Notes: generated by a model not told the origin, from the letters alone. 63,951 nt of DNA, filler included, from Octopus bimaculoides (GCF_001194135.2; 8 parts of 7 records of this genome joined end to end with filler, not necessarily neighbours in it), one strand, 5' to 3'; positions 13,006 through 24,905 are shown, counted from the whole stretch's first letter. Program-made: numbers and translations.

Positions 13006-13088
13006 CAGCAATCCCTCGACTATCGCGGATGTTACGTTCATAACCTCCCGCGATAGGTGAAACTCCGGGAAGTAGAAACAGTACTGTA
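13006..13088 (+). mobile_element. pogo/Tigger-like terminal fragment
   Basis: CAGCAATCCCTCGACTATCGCGG...CAGTACTG-TA, homologous to 401-491 in opposite orientation. Confidence 0.6.
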
Positions 13089-13936
13089 TATAATTTTTAT
13101 CATTTTTTAAAATTTGTATATATTTATTTTATTATAAATGCAAAACAATACCACACATTCGCTTCTCGAGTTCCCTTTTCCATACAGTATGTGGGATTCA
13201 TTTTCTTATTCATCTACGGTAGATAGACAGTGGAAGAAAGTTCCTCATCAAATATATTCGTTGTGGTTTCATTATATCCAAGAGGTTGGAGATCATCTAA
13301 ATCCAGTTAGATCGGGTATTTAATAGGTAAATCAGTGATGAGAAAGGATGATTAGGTAGCACACCATGGTGAGAGAAAAGAAAATAATGGTTATGCAGTT
13401 ATCCCGAGAGATGGAAAACGAATGCCAGCAGATCTAAAGTTGTAGTGGAATGAATACATATATATATGACTGCTGTCTTCTGCTGCACACTGGCACAAGG
13501 TTGGACAGATCTAGTTCACTATCGTGTTTTATAAAAGTTGTTCGTTAGCACTCAGTCATCATTTAGCAATTTCCAGAGAAAGAGATATGCAGAGGATGCT
13601 GGGTTGACTACGAATCGTGACTTTAGGCAATGCGCCCGACTGTGTGCGACGTAGAGAGAGGTACAAGAAAAGGTTTATTTCGAATGGAAGTTCATTTAAT
13701 GATTACGGACATACGAAAGACAAAGCTGACATCGGCAAGATTTGAACTAATCAGAACAAAAAAGCAAATCGTTGTTCTTTGCAATTATTTAACGAGAACG
13801 ACAATTCACTTCGACTTTATTAACAAAAACGTTTTTTTTTTAAGAAGAAAAAATTCTACATTGTATTGTTCCCCTCTATATTGAGACCTGTGTGTCTAAT
13901 AAAAGAAATGTATCTATCTATCTATCTATCACTCAC

Positions 13937-13974
<38 letters not shown>

Positions 13975-15024
13975 NNNNNNNNNNNNNNNNNNNNNNNNNN
14001 NNNNNNNNNNNNNNNNNNNNNNNNNNNNNNNNNNNNNNNNNNNNNNNNNNNNNNNNNNNNNNNNNNNNNNNNNNNNNNNNNNNNNNNNNNNNNNNNNNNN
14101 NNNNNNNNNNNNNNNNNNNNNNNNNNNNNNNNNNNNNNNNNNNNNNNNNNNNNNNNNNNNNNNNNNNNNNNNNNNNNNNNNNNNNNNNNNNNNNNNNNNN
14201 NNNNNNNNNNNNNNNNNNNNNNNNNNNNNNNNNNNNNNNNNNNNNNNNNNNNNNNNNNNNNNNNNNNNNNNNNNNNNNNNNNNNNNNNNNNNNNNNNNNN
14301 NNNNNNNNNNNNNNNNNNNNNNNNNNNNNNNNNNNNNNNNNNNNNNNNNNNNNNNNNNNNNNNNNNNNNNNNNNNNNNNNNNNNNNNNNNNNNNNNNNNN
14401 NNNNNNNNNNNNNNNNNNNNNNNNNNNNNNNNNNNATATATATATATATATATATACACTTTATGTGTACGTGGATGGGTATGTGTATACATCCTTCCCA
14501 CAATTCAGAACTCTAAGAGTAGCAAACTCCAAAAACAAGACGTGGGTTTATATGTAATTTCTAAAAAGCTAAATTCATTTATCGAAACTTGAAATTACCT
14601 TCGAAAATGTCAACTGAAAATCATATTAAAGATTCCCAATCTAATCAGTCGGACAGTTTATAAGATTTCTGCTATTTATTATTTCCCAAATTTTGTGTAT
14701 ATGTCTTAAAATTTGCAGTATAATAACATAGCTATTATATATTCACTGCTTCTCGTTACCTACATTTCGTACAGTTTCTCGTATCATATTTCCTACCTTT
14801 CTACAATCCTCAATAATCCTTGTGTCTTTGTCTATCCCCGTCCCTTTGACGCCGAATCATCGTCTTTTATTCCACAACGTATGTAAGTATGAATGTAAGT
14901 ATGTATACATGCATGTATGTTTACGTGTGTGCATGTGTGCTTGTATGTGCATGTATATAGACATGCACATACAGATATATATATATATGCCTATATATAC
15001 ATATATAGACATATATATGTATGC

Positions 15025-15086
<62 letters not shown>

Positions 15087-17109
15087 GTATATGTATGCCT
15101 ATGTAACAAATTAAAAGGGTGTCTTATAAGCAATTAGAAATCAAAGAGAAGTCCTAAAAGTGACGGAGAATGCTGACTAGTACCACTCATGCTAAAATAA
15201 GAGTTAAATTAACTCCAAAGCTACTAAAGCACTATAGAAAGTATATCAATAGATAGAGATAGATAGATAGATACATACATACATACAAATACGTTTATAA
15301 GATTCAGTGCCTTTGCTCATCACCTTAAACATTTTATATATGTACCTATGTAAATAATACATGCATATTTATAAATACATGTGTGTGTTTTGCTGGTTCA
15401 GAATGCGTGTACATTTCTTCCGAATATGGATTGAATTACGTTCAAATAAATAGCAGATACAGTATACGGAGATACACACACGTAAATGAAGGAACATTCA
15501 AGCTTATTACACAGCGCTCCACAGTAACACATATTGAAGAAAGAATTGCGCCAAATGTGTCGATGTTTTTCGAGCAACTGAAACGAAAATTTCTATCTCT
15601 AGCATGGAAAAGACTTCTCATTCACTAAATCTCCACGTGAATAAAATTAAATTACGCGATATTTGCGGAAAGGGGCAAAAGCGTATCAAAAACGCTTGTT
15701 TGATCATTAATTCTATGGGAACAATAAACCAGAGATGTTCTGCATATACAGGCATATAGGAAAATACTTAACTTAAGGTAGATAAAATCGAGCACATATA
15801 TTGAGCTACGTGTATGTTTTCTTTTGTTTCGCATCTCGTATTTATCATTTTACTTCTGTATATTGTTCTTAATTTTGTATCTTCTAGATTTTCCCTATAA
15901 CTCGCATTTTCAATTTCCCTTCTACACTTGTTGATATAAATCTGTTTTCAATTCGTAAATTCTCTTATGTTTCACTCTTCTATTTCTGTTTAATTGTCTA
16001 GAATTTTGGAATTCGCATTCAATTTGAATTATGAAACATATAATAATACTAGTTTGCATTTTTAGTATCCTGGGTGGAAGATCTTGAGGGCGAAATGGAC
16101 ATTACAGTGTTTACATTTTGATCATTTGATATACTCCAACAAACTAAGCAGATGAAAGCCTGTTTATTGCGTTTGTGTTTGTATGTGCATGTGTGTATGT
16201 ATGTATGTATGTATGTGTGTGAGTGTCTGCCATTGGGTTCTTTGTGTCCCCAAAGCTAAAATATTCGGCAAAGAGAGCGATAGAATAAGTACCGGACTCA
16301 AAATGTGAATTGGCTTAGATTTGTTCAACTTAACATTTCTAGGCGCCTCCAGCCCAAACATGACCGTAATCACGTGACTGTAACGAGTAAAAGGAAAGAA
16401 GATAAAATACATATTCCATGAATTACTTATGAAATCGTAAATTTATTTTCGTTCTTCGCACCGAAAGTTGCCTCTGCGCAGGCAGACCAAAGACAGCAAA
16501 TATACGAGTATACAAAACATGAGCATCTCATCAATTGCGCATCTTCATTTTTTAAACGGCAATATGTGATTTTACAGAATCTAATTGTGATTTTTCTTGC
16601 CATGTCGGTGGATTGAAAGTAACGAAGTCAAACACACATTATGCAACAAACTGATACAAGATATACATTACACAATCATCACATAATAAAGCATCACAAC
16701 TCTACTAAATCTTAATATAAATTCTGTACAACACACATTCCATATTATCATATCTCATTTACTATAACGTAACACAGAATTATCTAGAGAAAATATTGTA
16801 ACACTTCCTACGTACAACAATTCATATTTACACAAGGGACATTTAAGAATATTAAACAGAATAGCATATCACAATCACCACTCGTCATTATAACAGATAA
16901 CAAAAGAAATACGAAAAGAAGCGTGATAAACAAACACACTTCATATTGCACATATTCCCCACAAGTGGATAGAAATACGAAAATAACATCAGAAATAACA
17001 AGCAAAATCCAAGTAGAAGGAACATGAAATTAAATTCAAGATGCTATACGCATTTCAGTAGCATAGGCATGAATTGCGCAGGCGCAGCAGAAAATCTCAT
17101 GAGGCAACT

Positions 17110-17550
17110 GAAAACAACATGATAATGGTAAGGTGACAAGAAAATTAACGGGCAATGCCAAAACGAATGCAGGATGTAGACTGGACCTTGGAAGACAGTT
17201 CAATGACTTAAGAGTCCTGCACTAAAATCTTTGATTACCGTTGCACAAGTTGAGTCTTCAGACCGGATATAATTATCGTCTGACCATCAAGGATCGAACA
17301 TGTTCAAAATCCAATATCTATGGAAATGTAAATAAACCTATTGATTACGTTACCTCTGGTTGCTTAGAGGTAGCAAAGACAGAATACACCGACATGTATA
17401 ACGAAGCAGCGATATATATACATTGGATATAATGCAGGGTTTATAAAATTAAGACAATTATGAAGAGATATGAACATCAGCCAAACATAGTCAGTGAATA
17501 TAATGATGTCACTATCCTTAGGATATACGCCTCCACACTGCCAGGTTTAA
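17110..17550 (+). mobile_element. Second degenerate R4/Dong-like retrotransposon fragment (zinc-knuckle region)
   Basis: ORF 17241-17432 LSLQTGYNYRLTIKDRTCSKSNIYGNVNKPIDYVTSGCLEVAKTEYTDMYNEAAIYIHW aligns by eye to the R4/Dong motif QSLRT..C..C...ETI.HI.SGC..LA..EY..RH..VA..IHW. Confidence 0.7.
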
Positions 17551-17604
17551 GAGAAGTCATTTAGGAGATGTTTCGTTCATAAAACAGAAAATTACATACA
17601 TCCA

Positions 17605-17740
17605 TAGCTGTGTGGCTAAGATGCACGCTTTGCAACCATGTTCCGAATTCAGTGCCTGTGTGCAGCACCGTGAAGAAATGACTTCTAGAATAGCTCAGGA
17701 CCGACCAATGCCTTGTGAGTAATTTAGGTTGACATACTGT
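17605..17740 (+). mobile_element. Diverged CORE-like SINE head
   Basis: GCTGTGTGGCTAAG...GACCGACCAATGCCTTGTGAGT. Confidence 0.65.
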
Positions 17741-17839
17741 GAGGGAGGGCGATTAAAAAAAAATATTTCGTTATCAATGATAAGAAAGGCAGGAGATATA
17801 TGGATATCGACATTGCAATATGTTCTGAAAGAAACATGA

Positions 17840-18008
17840 GGCGCAGGAATGGCTATGTGGTAAAACGCTTGCTTTCCAACCACATGGTTCCGGGTTCAGT
17901 CCCACTGCGTGGCGTCTTGGGCAAGTGTCTTCTAAAATAACCTTGGGCCGACCAATGCCTTGTGAGTGGATTTGGTAGACGGAAACTGAAAGAATACCCT
18001 CGTATATA

Positions 18009-18048
<40 letters not shown>

Positions 18049-18236
18049 CTCCTTATCATTGCTTGACCACCGATGCTGGTGTGTTTATGTCCCCGTCACT
18101 TAGCGGTTTGGCAAAAGTCACCGATAGAATAAGTACTAAGCTTACAAAGAATAAGTCCCGGGGTCGATTTGCTCTACTAAAGGCGGTGCTCCAGCATCGT
18201 CGCAGTCAAATGACTGAAACAAGTAAAAGAGAGAGT
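17840..18236 (+). mobile_element. CORE-like SINE, full length
   Basis: Head, CORE, (TG)n, body and GTAAAAGAG tail all present. Confidence 0.92.
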
Positions 18237-18544
18237 ATGAAAGTCATAGAATGTACCTTGACTTCGAAACCAAATCAAAAGGAAATCGAAGTAATACCAG
18301 TGATTACCGGGACACTAGAACATCTGAAGAAAACAAAAGAAAACTTCGCTAACCATATCCCGCGTAATGTCATTACTTATACAGTACAAAAGATAGCACA
18401 TCTTGGTACAGTTCACAAACTACCCAGAGTGTCGTCAATCAAGTGGCATCTTCTACATAGTGTCTTATTCCCGCAGTATAATCCCAGCCCTACATGATAT
18501 TAAAGAGGAAGTATAAAAAGAAAAAAGTAACAACAACAACAGTT

Positions 18545-18613
18545 GTAACACCACCAATAATAATGATGAAGATGATGATGAAGATGATGATGAAGATGAT
18601 GATAATAATAATA

Positions 18614-18650
<37 letters not shown>

Positions 18651-18722
18651 TAATAATAATAATAATAATAATGATAATAATAATGATAATAATAATGATA
18701 ATAATAATGATAATAATAATAA
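18545..18722 (+). repeat. (ATG)n/(AAT)n compound microsatellite
   Basis: Direct inspection. Confidence 0.95.
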
Positions 18723-18981
18723 TATGTTGTGTTTCGATAATTAGATATTAAAAATGCTAACGTATTCATGATGCATACAAAAGGCCGATGTTGGATATTA
18801 TTTTAAAGAATATTTAATAAGCAACTTCTCTGTGCATGCTAAAGGCTATTGAAATCAAATTATTCTGTTGATCTTCTTTACTAATTATTGAGTCTTTTAT
18901 GTAAATATTGAGCAATTATATTTCGAGATGATTGTGAAAGAACGTTTTTGTTATGCACTCGCACACACGCACACATACAGA

Positions 18982-19033
<52 letters not shown>

Positions 19034-19195
19034 TATATGTATATATATATATATATATGTCTATATATACACCTATATATACATATATATATATACATGC
19101 ACACGCACACTAATATATATATATATTTATTTATTTAAATATATAAATATATATATTTATTTACATATCTATGTATACATGTAACATTGTATCAG

Positions 19196-19262
<67 letters not shown>

Positions 19263-19273
19263 ANNNNNNNNNN

Positions 19274-19304
<31 letters not shown>

Positions 19305-20031
19305 ATACATATGTGTGTATGTATATATATATATGTGTGTGTGTGAGTGTAAGTATATATATATATATATATCTGCATGTAAATAAATGTTATACTATCT
19401 ACATCGTTATTTTGTGGCTTATAAACAAAGTTTCTCTAGATTCACATAAAATAGCTCTTCATTAAGATTCATGCTTCCTTGTTCAATGCAACTGTATTAT
19501 GCTGGGCCTTTAAATGTTGGCAACAATCCCTATTATGATGAAGATCGTAAGGAACCAACCAAAATCCTGGCAATGCTGGAAGCGTAATGATACAACGTAC
19601 GAGATATTTACACGGAACGCCACATAAAGCAGGCGTAGTCAGTTAAACGGTTTCTATTCCCAAATCAAGTATATACATCTAGCTTACAAAGTTATTACAC
19701 TTAATAAAAATGTATCAATGTAACCAAAACAACAACAACAAGAACAAAAGCCAAAAATAACTGATATAATAAAGCAAAAACAGCATTATGTTTCTAAATA
19801 AATGTATGGTTCTTTGTCACGGTATGAAATCAATAATCGCCAGTAAGTTATCAATCAAAATATTGATTTAGTATATAATGGAGTTGTGCTAAAAGAGCCA
19901 GTTAATTGTCGGAAATATTGCTTTAAAATTGAATTAAGAACGCGCCGTGTAAATAAACTGCGGATGTAATGGTTTGTGCATCAGGAGTTCAAAATCGTTA
20001 TTGGCGGTTTTCTACATTTTAGAAACCAGAA

Positions 20032-20078
<47 letters not shown>

Positions 20079-20601
20079 NNNNNNNNNNNNNNNNNNNNNN
20101 NNNNNNNNNNNNNNNNNNNNNNNNNNNNNNNNNNNNNNNNNNNNNNNNNNNNNNNNNNNNNNNNNNNNNNNNNNNNNNNNNNNNNNNNNNNNNNNNNNNN
20201 NNNNNNNNNNNNNNNNNNNNNNNNNNNNNNNNNNNNNNNNNNNNNNNNNNNNNNNNNNNNNNNNNNNNNNNNNNNNNNNNNNNNNNNNNNNNNNNNNNNN
20301 NNNNNNNNNNNNNNNNNNNNNNNNNNNNNNNNNNNNNNNNNNNNNNNNNNNNNNNNNNNNNNNNNNNNNNNNNNNNNNNNNNNNNNNNNNNNNNNNNNNN
20401 NNNNNNNNNNNNNNNNNNNNNNNNNNNNNNNNNNNNNNNNNNNNNNNNNNNNNNNNNNNNNNNNNNNNNNNNNNNNNNNNNNNNNNNNNNACTTTTACGT
20501 TCAACGTCATGTAAACATTTTAACGGTTTTGTAACTAAAAAAATCCAAACACTCGCGTTAACCTTTCTTCCATTAATCATTGTTACGTCCGTCTTTAACA
20601 A

Positions 20602-21808
20602 CTACAAATAATCAGTTCTAGCGGGTGGTGTCTCCACCAACCATATCCGTTTCGTTATTAAATTTTCACCAAGTTCTTTTATGCAATCGAAGCATCTTTC
20701 CTCACGTATCAAAATGCATTTTTCAGCACATTTCTCTGGCATTTTCACTCTTATTATTTCTTTTAACCTCTCGACATTTCTCTCCATCTGCTCGTAATTC
20801 TCGTACTTTATCAAAAGCCCCTTGTATTTCACATCTTTCTCCGTTCTCTCCTCCTCTTCTTGTACATTATTAGTTTCTGGCTTTTTTATCTCTTTTTTGT
20901 TTTCTGTTGACCGTTCCTTTGACTTATTTTTCCTTCGCTTTTTAGGGCTAGTAGCTCTATTTTCGTTCTTCTTTGTTTTCTCTGTTTCACACTTCTGTCT
21001 CTCTTTTATATCCTCAGTGTGGTCTACAATTTTTTCCTCCTCTGCTTGTGATTTCTATTGCTGTAGCTGTGTGAACTCATATAGGGGGCATTTGATCTTC
21101 ATATGACCTCTCTCCCCGCATATATAAAAATTTGGTTTTCTTCCCTCGACTACGACATTTAACGTTTTCTCGTCCTCCACTTCTATGCGGTAGGGAATTC
21201 TTTCTATGTCCTCGAATGTGGCAAAAAGCCACATTTCGAGTCCAAATCCCCACCATTTGCACACTTGTTTTCGCCACTGGTCCCAATTCCGGCCCTTCCT
21301 TGGTTGCAGCCAGCACTATTGCAACCAACCACTCTGGTTTAATATCTGGTGTAACTCTGGGAATTTGTATTTTTACACTTCCTCTTCCTCTATAGCTTGG
21401 TAGCAATGTTATTTTCTCACTTCTTAATATGTTGGTTGCATGCTTGGTTGCCTTTTCTATAGTGGCGAACCTCACCTCAACCGTACCGAACTTTCTTCCT
21501 CTGTTGATGTACGTGGCTTCATTCACAATTTCACCCAGGCACTCCTCGATTTCTCCTTCCGTCACTATTTCAATTTTACCGGTTTCGACAGCCTGTGTAC
21601 GATACACTACTGTCCTCAGAATCTTATTTTCTTTAGTCTGTTTTGGGGGATATAATTTGTACGAGTCTCCCTCAACTTCTATCAAATTCCTGCTTCTGGT
21701 CACCTCCTTTATATCCAACTTGATTAACTTGGTTTCTAGCGGCACTGGCTTCCTCACCGCAGTGGCCTTGGCGTAGCTCTGCATACTGGAGACAAAACCA
21801 GTTGCCAT
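20602..21808 (-). pseudogene. gag/ORF1-like protein of a non-LTR retroelement (L1/Tx1-like), disrupted; about 400 codons reconstructed
   Basis: 243-aa ORF 21808-21077 shifts frame near 21300 into WWGFGLEMWLF..VVVEGRKPN[F]YICGERGHMKIKCP (CX2CX4HX4C with first Cys as Phe). After one in-frame TAG at 21055-21057 the same frame stays open through a K/E-rich stretch (SPKKRRKNK) to 20602. Confidence 0.75.
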
Positions 21809-21934
21809 AGCTGGGAAAAATGCAGCAGCTCACGAGAAATGCAACCGTAATAATTCCACAAAACTCACAATTATTTACCGAGACAGTTTTCACAAAGTAA
21901 CACAACAGTATTCACAATAATTAACAGAGCCGTT

Positions 21935-21982
21935 ATACCGCTAAGCATTTCGCCCGGCGTGCTAACGATTCTGCCAGCTCGC
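21935..21982 (-). mobile_element. Nin-SINE 5' head (A-box half only), abutting the leader of the gag-like ORF
   Basis: Minus strand GCGAGCTGGCAGAATCGTTAGCACGCCGGGCGAAATGCTTAGCGGTAT matches other heads in the window (e.g. 50940-50990) and stops before the B box. Confidence 0.85.
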
Positions 21983-22165
21983 ATAAGATATATGATTATA
22001 TAAATATAAATTCAGTCAGGGCACTAATGAGTAGCACCATATGCTAGAAAAAGAGGCCAAATGGCTATAGGAACTACATTATATATATCTATATATTATA
22101 GGAGAGCATTGTAGTTCGCTTGAAGCATTGAGTATTGTTTGTAAAGAATAAAAAAATTTAGAATG

Positions 22166-22356
22166 GTACAACAATGCACTATAGAACAAAAAATGGACTA
22201 TATACCTGTTGTAATTTGGTTATCTATAGTTTAGCAGAGACTCCAGCTAAGAATATCTGAAGAAGGAATTGTATTCCGAAATATCTGCTAAACTATAGAT
22301 AACCAAATTACAACAGGTATATAGTCCATTTTTTATTCTATAGTGCATTGTTGTAC
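22166..22356. repeat. Long inverted repeat (73-bp arms, 45-bp spacer)
   Basis: 22166-22238 versus reverse complement of 22284-22356: 72/73 identical. Confidence 0.93.
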
Positions 22357-22379
22357 AATTTAAAAAACTTTTTATTTAT

Positions 22380-22481
22380 AAATATTATAATAATTATGTA
22401 CATAATTATAACAAAGGATTGGCTATAAGCTACTCCACGCTCTAGAAATACACACCGAAAGACGGAAATACCATCTTAAAA
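22380..22481 (+). repeat. Direct repeat copy 1 (~102 bp)
   Basis: Aligns ungapped to 23141-23242, roughly 80% identical by eye. Confidence 0.85.
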
Positions 22482-22711
22482 TCTCCAAAAAGAAAACACG
22501 GGCTGTAGTCGAGCAAGAAAAAAATTTTTTTAAAAATGAAGTAAACTTTTGGTTAAGGGTGTACAAGATCACGTTTCAAGCTTAAGGTAAAAAAAATTGT
22601 ACCTACTGTTATCTTCAGCAACGTAAATCCATAGTAAAAGCATAAATCCACGAGTATCTACACATACGTATACGAGTAGCGACTTCGTACAGCAAAAGAC
22701 GATCTTACGAC

Positions 22712-22896
22712 ACTAAGCCGGAATATCGGCCTTTTCCGTAAAAAGTGTCGACTATCTTCACCAAAGATCGGCCTTTTCCGTAACACCCACACGATCTTCA
22801 CTAGTGAAGATCGTGCGGGTGTTACGGAAAAGGCCGATCTTTGGTAAAGATCGCCGAAGACACTTTTTACGGAAAAGGCCGATATTCCGGCCTAGT
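22712..22896. repeat. Loopless ~185-bp palindrome centred on ACTAGT (22802/22803) with internal repeats
   Basis: Arms pair except three single mismatches and one small internal loop; ATCGGCCTTTTCCGTAA occurs twice per arm. Confidence 0.93.
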
Positions 22897-23140
22897 ATTG
22901 AAAGATCACCACAAGATCGCAACAGCAATATATACACACACTCGTAAAAATATATAGCAAAGTAGAATTCCCATCTTCAATTTTAGCCACGAGCAATATA
23001 TCAAAATAACTCTGCAATGAATGCGGCTTTGATCAAGGAGTAAAATTTTCAAATATTAATTATAATAAAGTGTGAAAATCATTAATAATATTACTAAGGG
23101 GTCAGCGCGGAAAAAAAACAACCTTAGAGGTGAATTTTAC

Positions 23141-23242
23141 AAATATTATAATAATTATACACATAACTATAACAAGAGATTGGCTATAAGTCTCTCCACG
23201 CGCTAGAAATAGACGCCAAAGCAAGCTAATACCACCTTAAAA
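23141..23242 (+). repeat. Direct repeat copy 2 (~102 bp)
   Basis: Homologous to 22380-22481. Confidence 0.85.
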
Positions 23243-23389
23243 AATGTATCGTATTTAAACATTCGAAATAACATATACTTAGTATAAAACCGGATAGAAG
23301 GCAAACACACAAGATCCCTAATTCTTCATCCGTTATGAACCAATTGCTAATAGAATTTCTCTCCTTGTATATATATATATATATATATA

Positions 23390-23489
23390 NNNNNNNNNNN
23401 NNNNNNNNNNNNNNNNNNNNNNNNNNNNNNNNNTTAATTAATTAANNNNNNNNNNNNNNNNNNNNNNNNNNNNNNNNNNNNNNNNNNNN
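23390..23489. other. Artificial contig-joining spacer
   Basis: 44 N + TTAATTAATTAA + 44 N. Confidence 0.97.
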
Positions 23490-23779
23490 TCCTTCCTTCC
23501 TTCCTTCCTTCCATCCATCTAACCTCCCTTCTTTCCTTCCTCTATTTTCCGCCTCCTCCCGCTACTCATCTTCCTACTCACATCCTCCTCCTCCTCCTCT
23601 GGCACTCATTCTTCCTCTAATTTCCTTCCTTCTTCCACACTTTTCTTCTTCTTCGATTTCTTTCCCCCTTTTTTCTCATATCTTAATTCTCCTCCCACAG
23701 TTACTCTTTCTTTCCTTGTTACGTATCCCTCCCACTCCCTAATTAGCTTCCATCACTTCTTCCTTTCCTTCCCTTCATT

Positions 23780-23780
<1 letters not shown>

Positions 23781-23829
<49 letters not shown>

Positions 23830-24228
23830 TCGCACATACAAACTAACACTAAAAATAACACACACGCAATCGCACACATACACACACAAGCACACACTCG
23901 CACAAGCACACACACTCACACACACAAACTCACACATACACACACACACATACACACACACATACAATCGCACACAAATACACATACTCGCACAAGCACA
24001 CACACTCACACACACACACAATCGCACACATATACACACACGTACACATTCGCACACATATACACACACGTACACATTCGCACAAGCACACACACTCACA
24101 CACACACACTCACACATACACACACACACACTTACACACACACAATCGCACACATATACACACACGCACACACTCGCACAAGCACACACACTTACACTCA
24201 CACACACACACTCACACACACACACACG
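23781..24228 (+). repeat. (CT)n followed by a CA-derived minisatellite
   Basis: Recurring AATCGCACACAT and CTCGCACAAGCACACAC modules within a (CA)n background. Confidence 0.85.
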
Positions 24229-24854
24229 CTCTTTCTCTCATTTACACATTCATATACACATGGCACGTCGCGTCCTCCCACCTCACCCTCATTAGCATAT
24301 ACTGTTTTACTAACATATGCTAATGACCTATGGGAGAGGCATGAGGGTCACCACGTTTGCATCTTTTTCCTTTTTCGNNNNNNNNNNNNNNNNNNNNNNN
24401 NNNNNNNNNNNNNNNNNNNNNNNNNNNNNNNNNNNNNNNNNNNNNNNNNNNNNNNNNNNNNNNNNNNNNNNNNNNNNNNNNNNNNNNNNNNNNNNNNNNN
24501 NNNNNNNNNNNNNNNNNNNNNNNNNNNNNNNNNNNNNNNNNNNNNNNNNNNNNNNNNNNNNNNNNNNNNNNNNNNNNNNNNNNNNNNNNNNNNNNNNNNN
24601 NNNNNNNNNNNNNNNNNNNNNNNNNNNNNNNNNNNNNNNNNNNNNNNNNNNNNNNNNNNNNNNNNNNNNNNNNNNNNNNNNNNNNNNNNNNNNNNNNNNN
24701 NNNNNNNNNNNNNNNNNNNNNNNNNNNNNNNNNNNNNNNNNNNNNNNNNNNNNNNNNNNNNNNNNNNNNNNNNNNNNNNNNNNNNNNNNNNNNNNNNNNN
24801 NNNNNNNNNNNNNNNNNNNNNNNNNNNNNNNNNNNNNNNNNNNATGTATAAGGG

Positions 24855-24905
24855 TGATGATGATGATGATGATGGTGATGACGATGATGATGATTATGAT
24901 GATGA

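Noticed and set aside
16467-17110. 8-bp inverted pair GTTGCCTC / GAGGCAAC as transposon termini
   Set aside because: Too short, with no TSD or internal coding evidence.
19467-19546. Possible plus-strand exon (FMLPCSMQLYYAGPLNVGNNPYYDED, donor GTAAGG)
   Set aside because: Weak acceptor, no recognisable homology and no partner exons.
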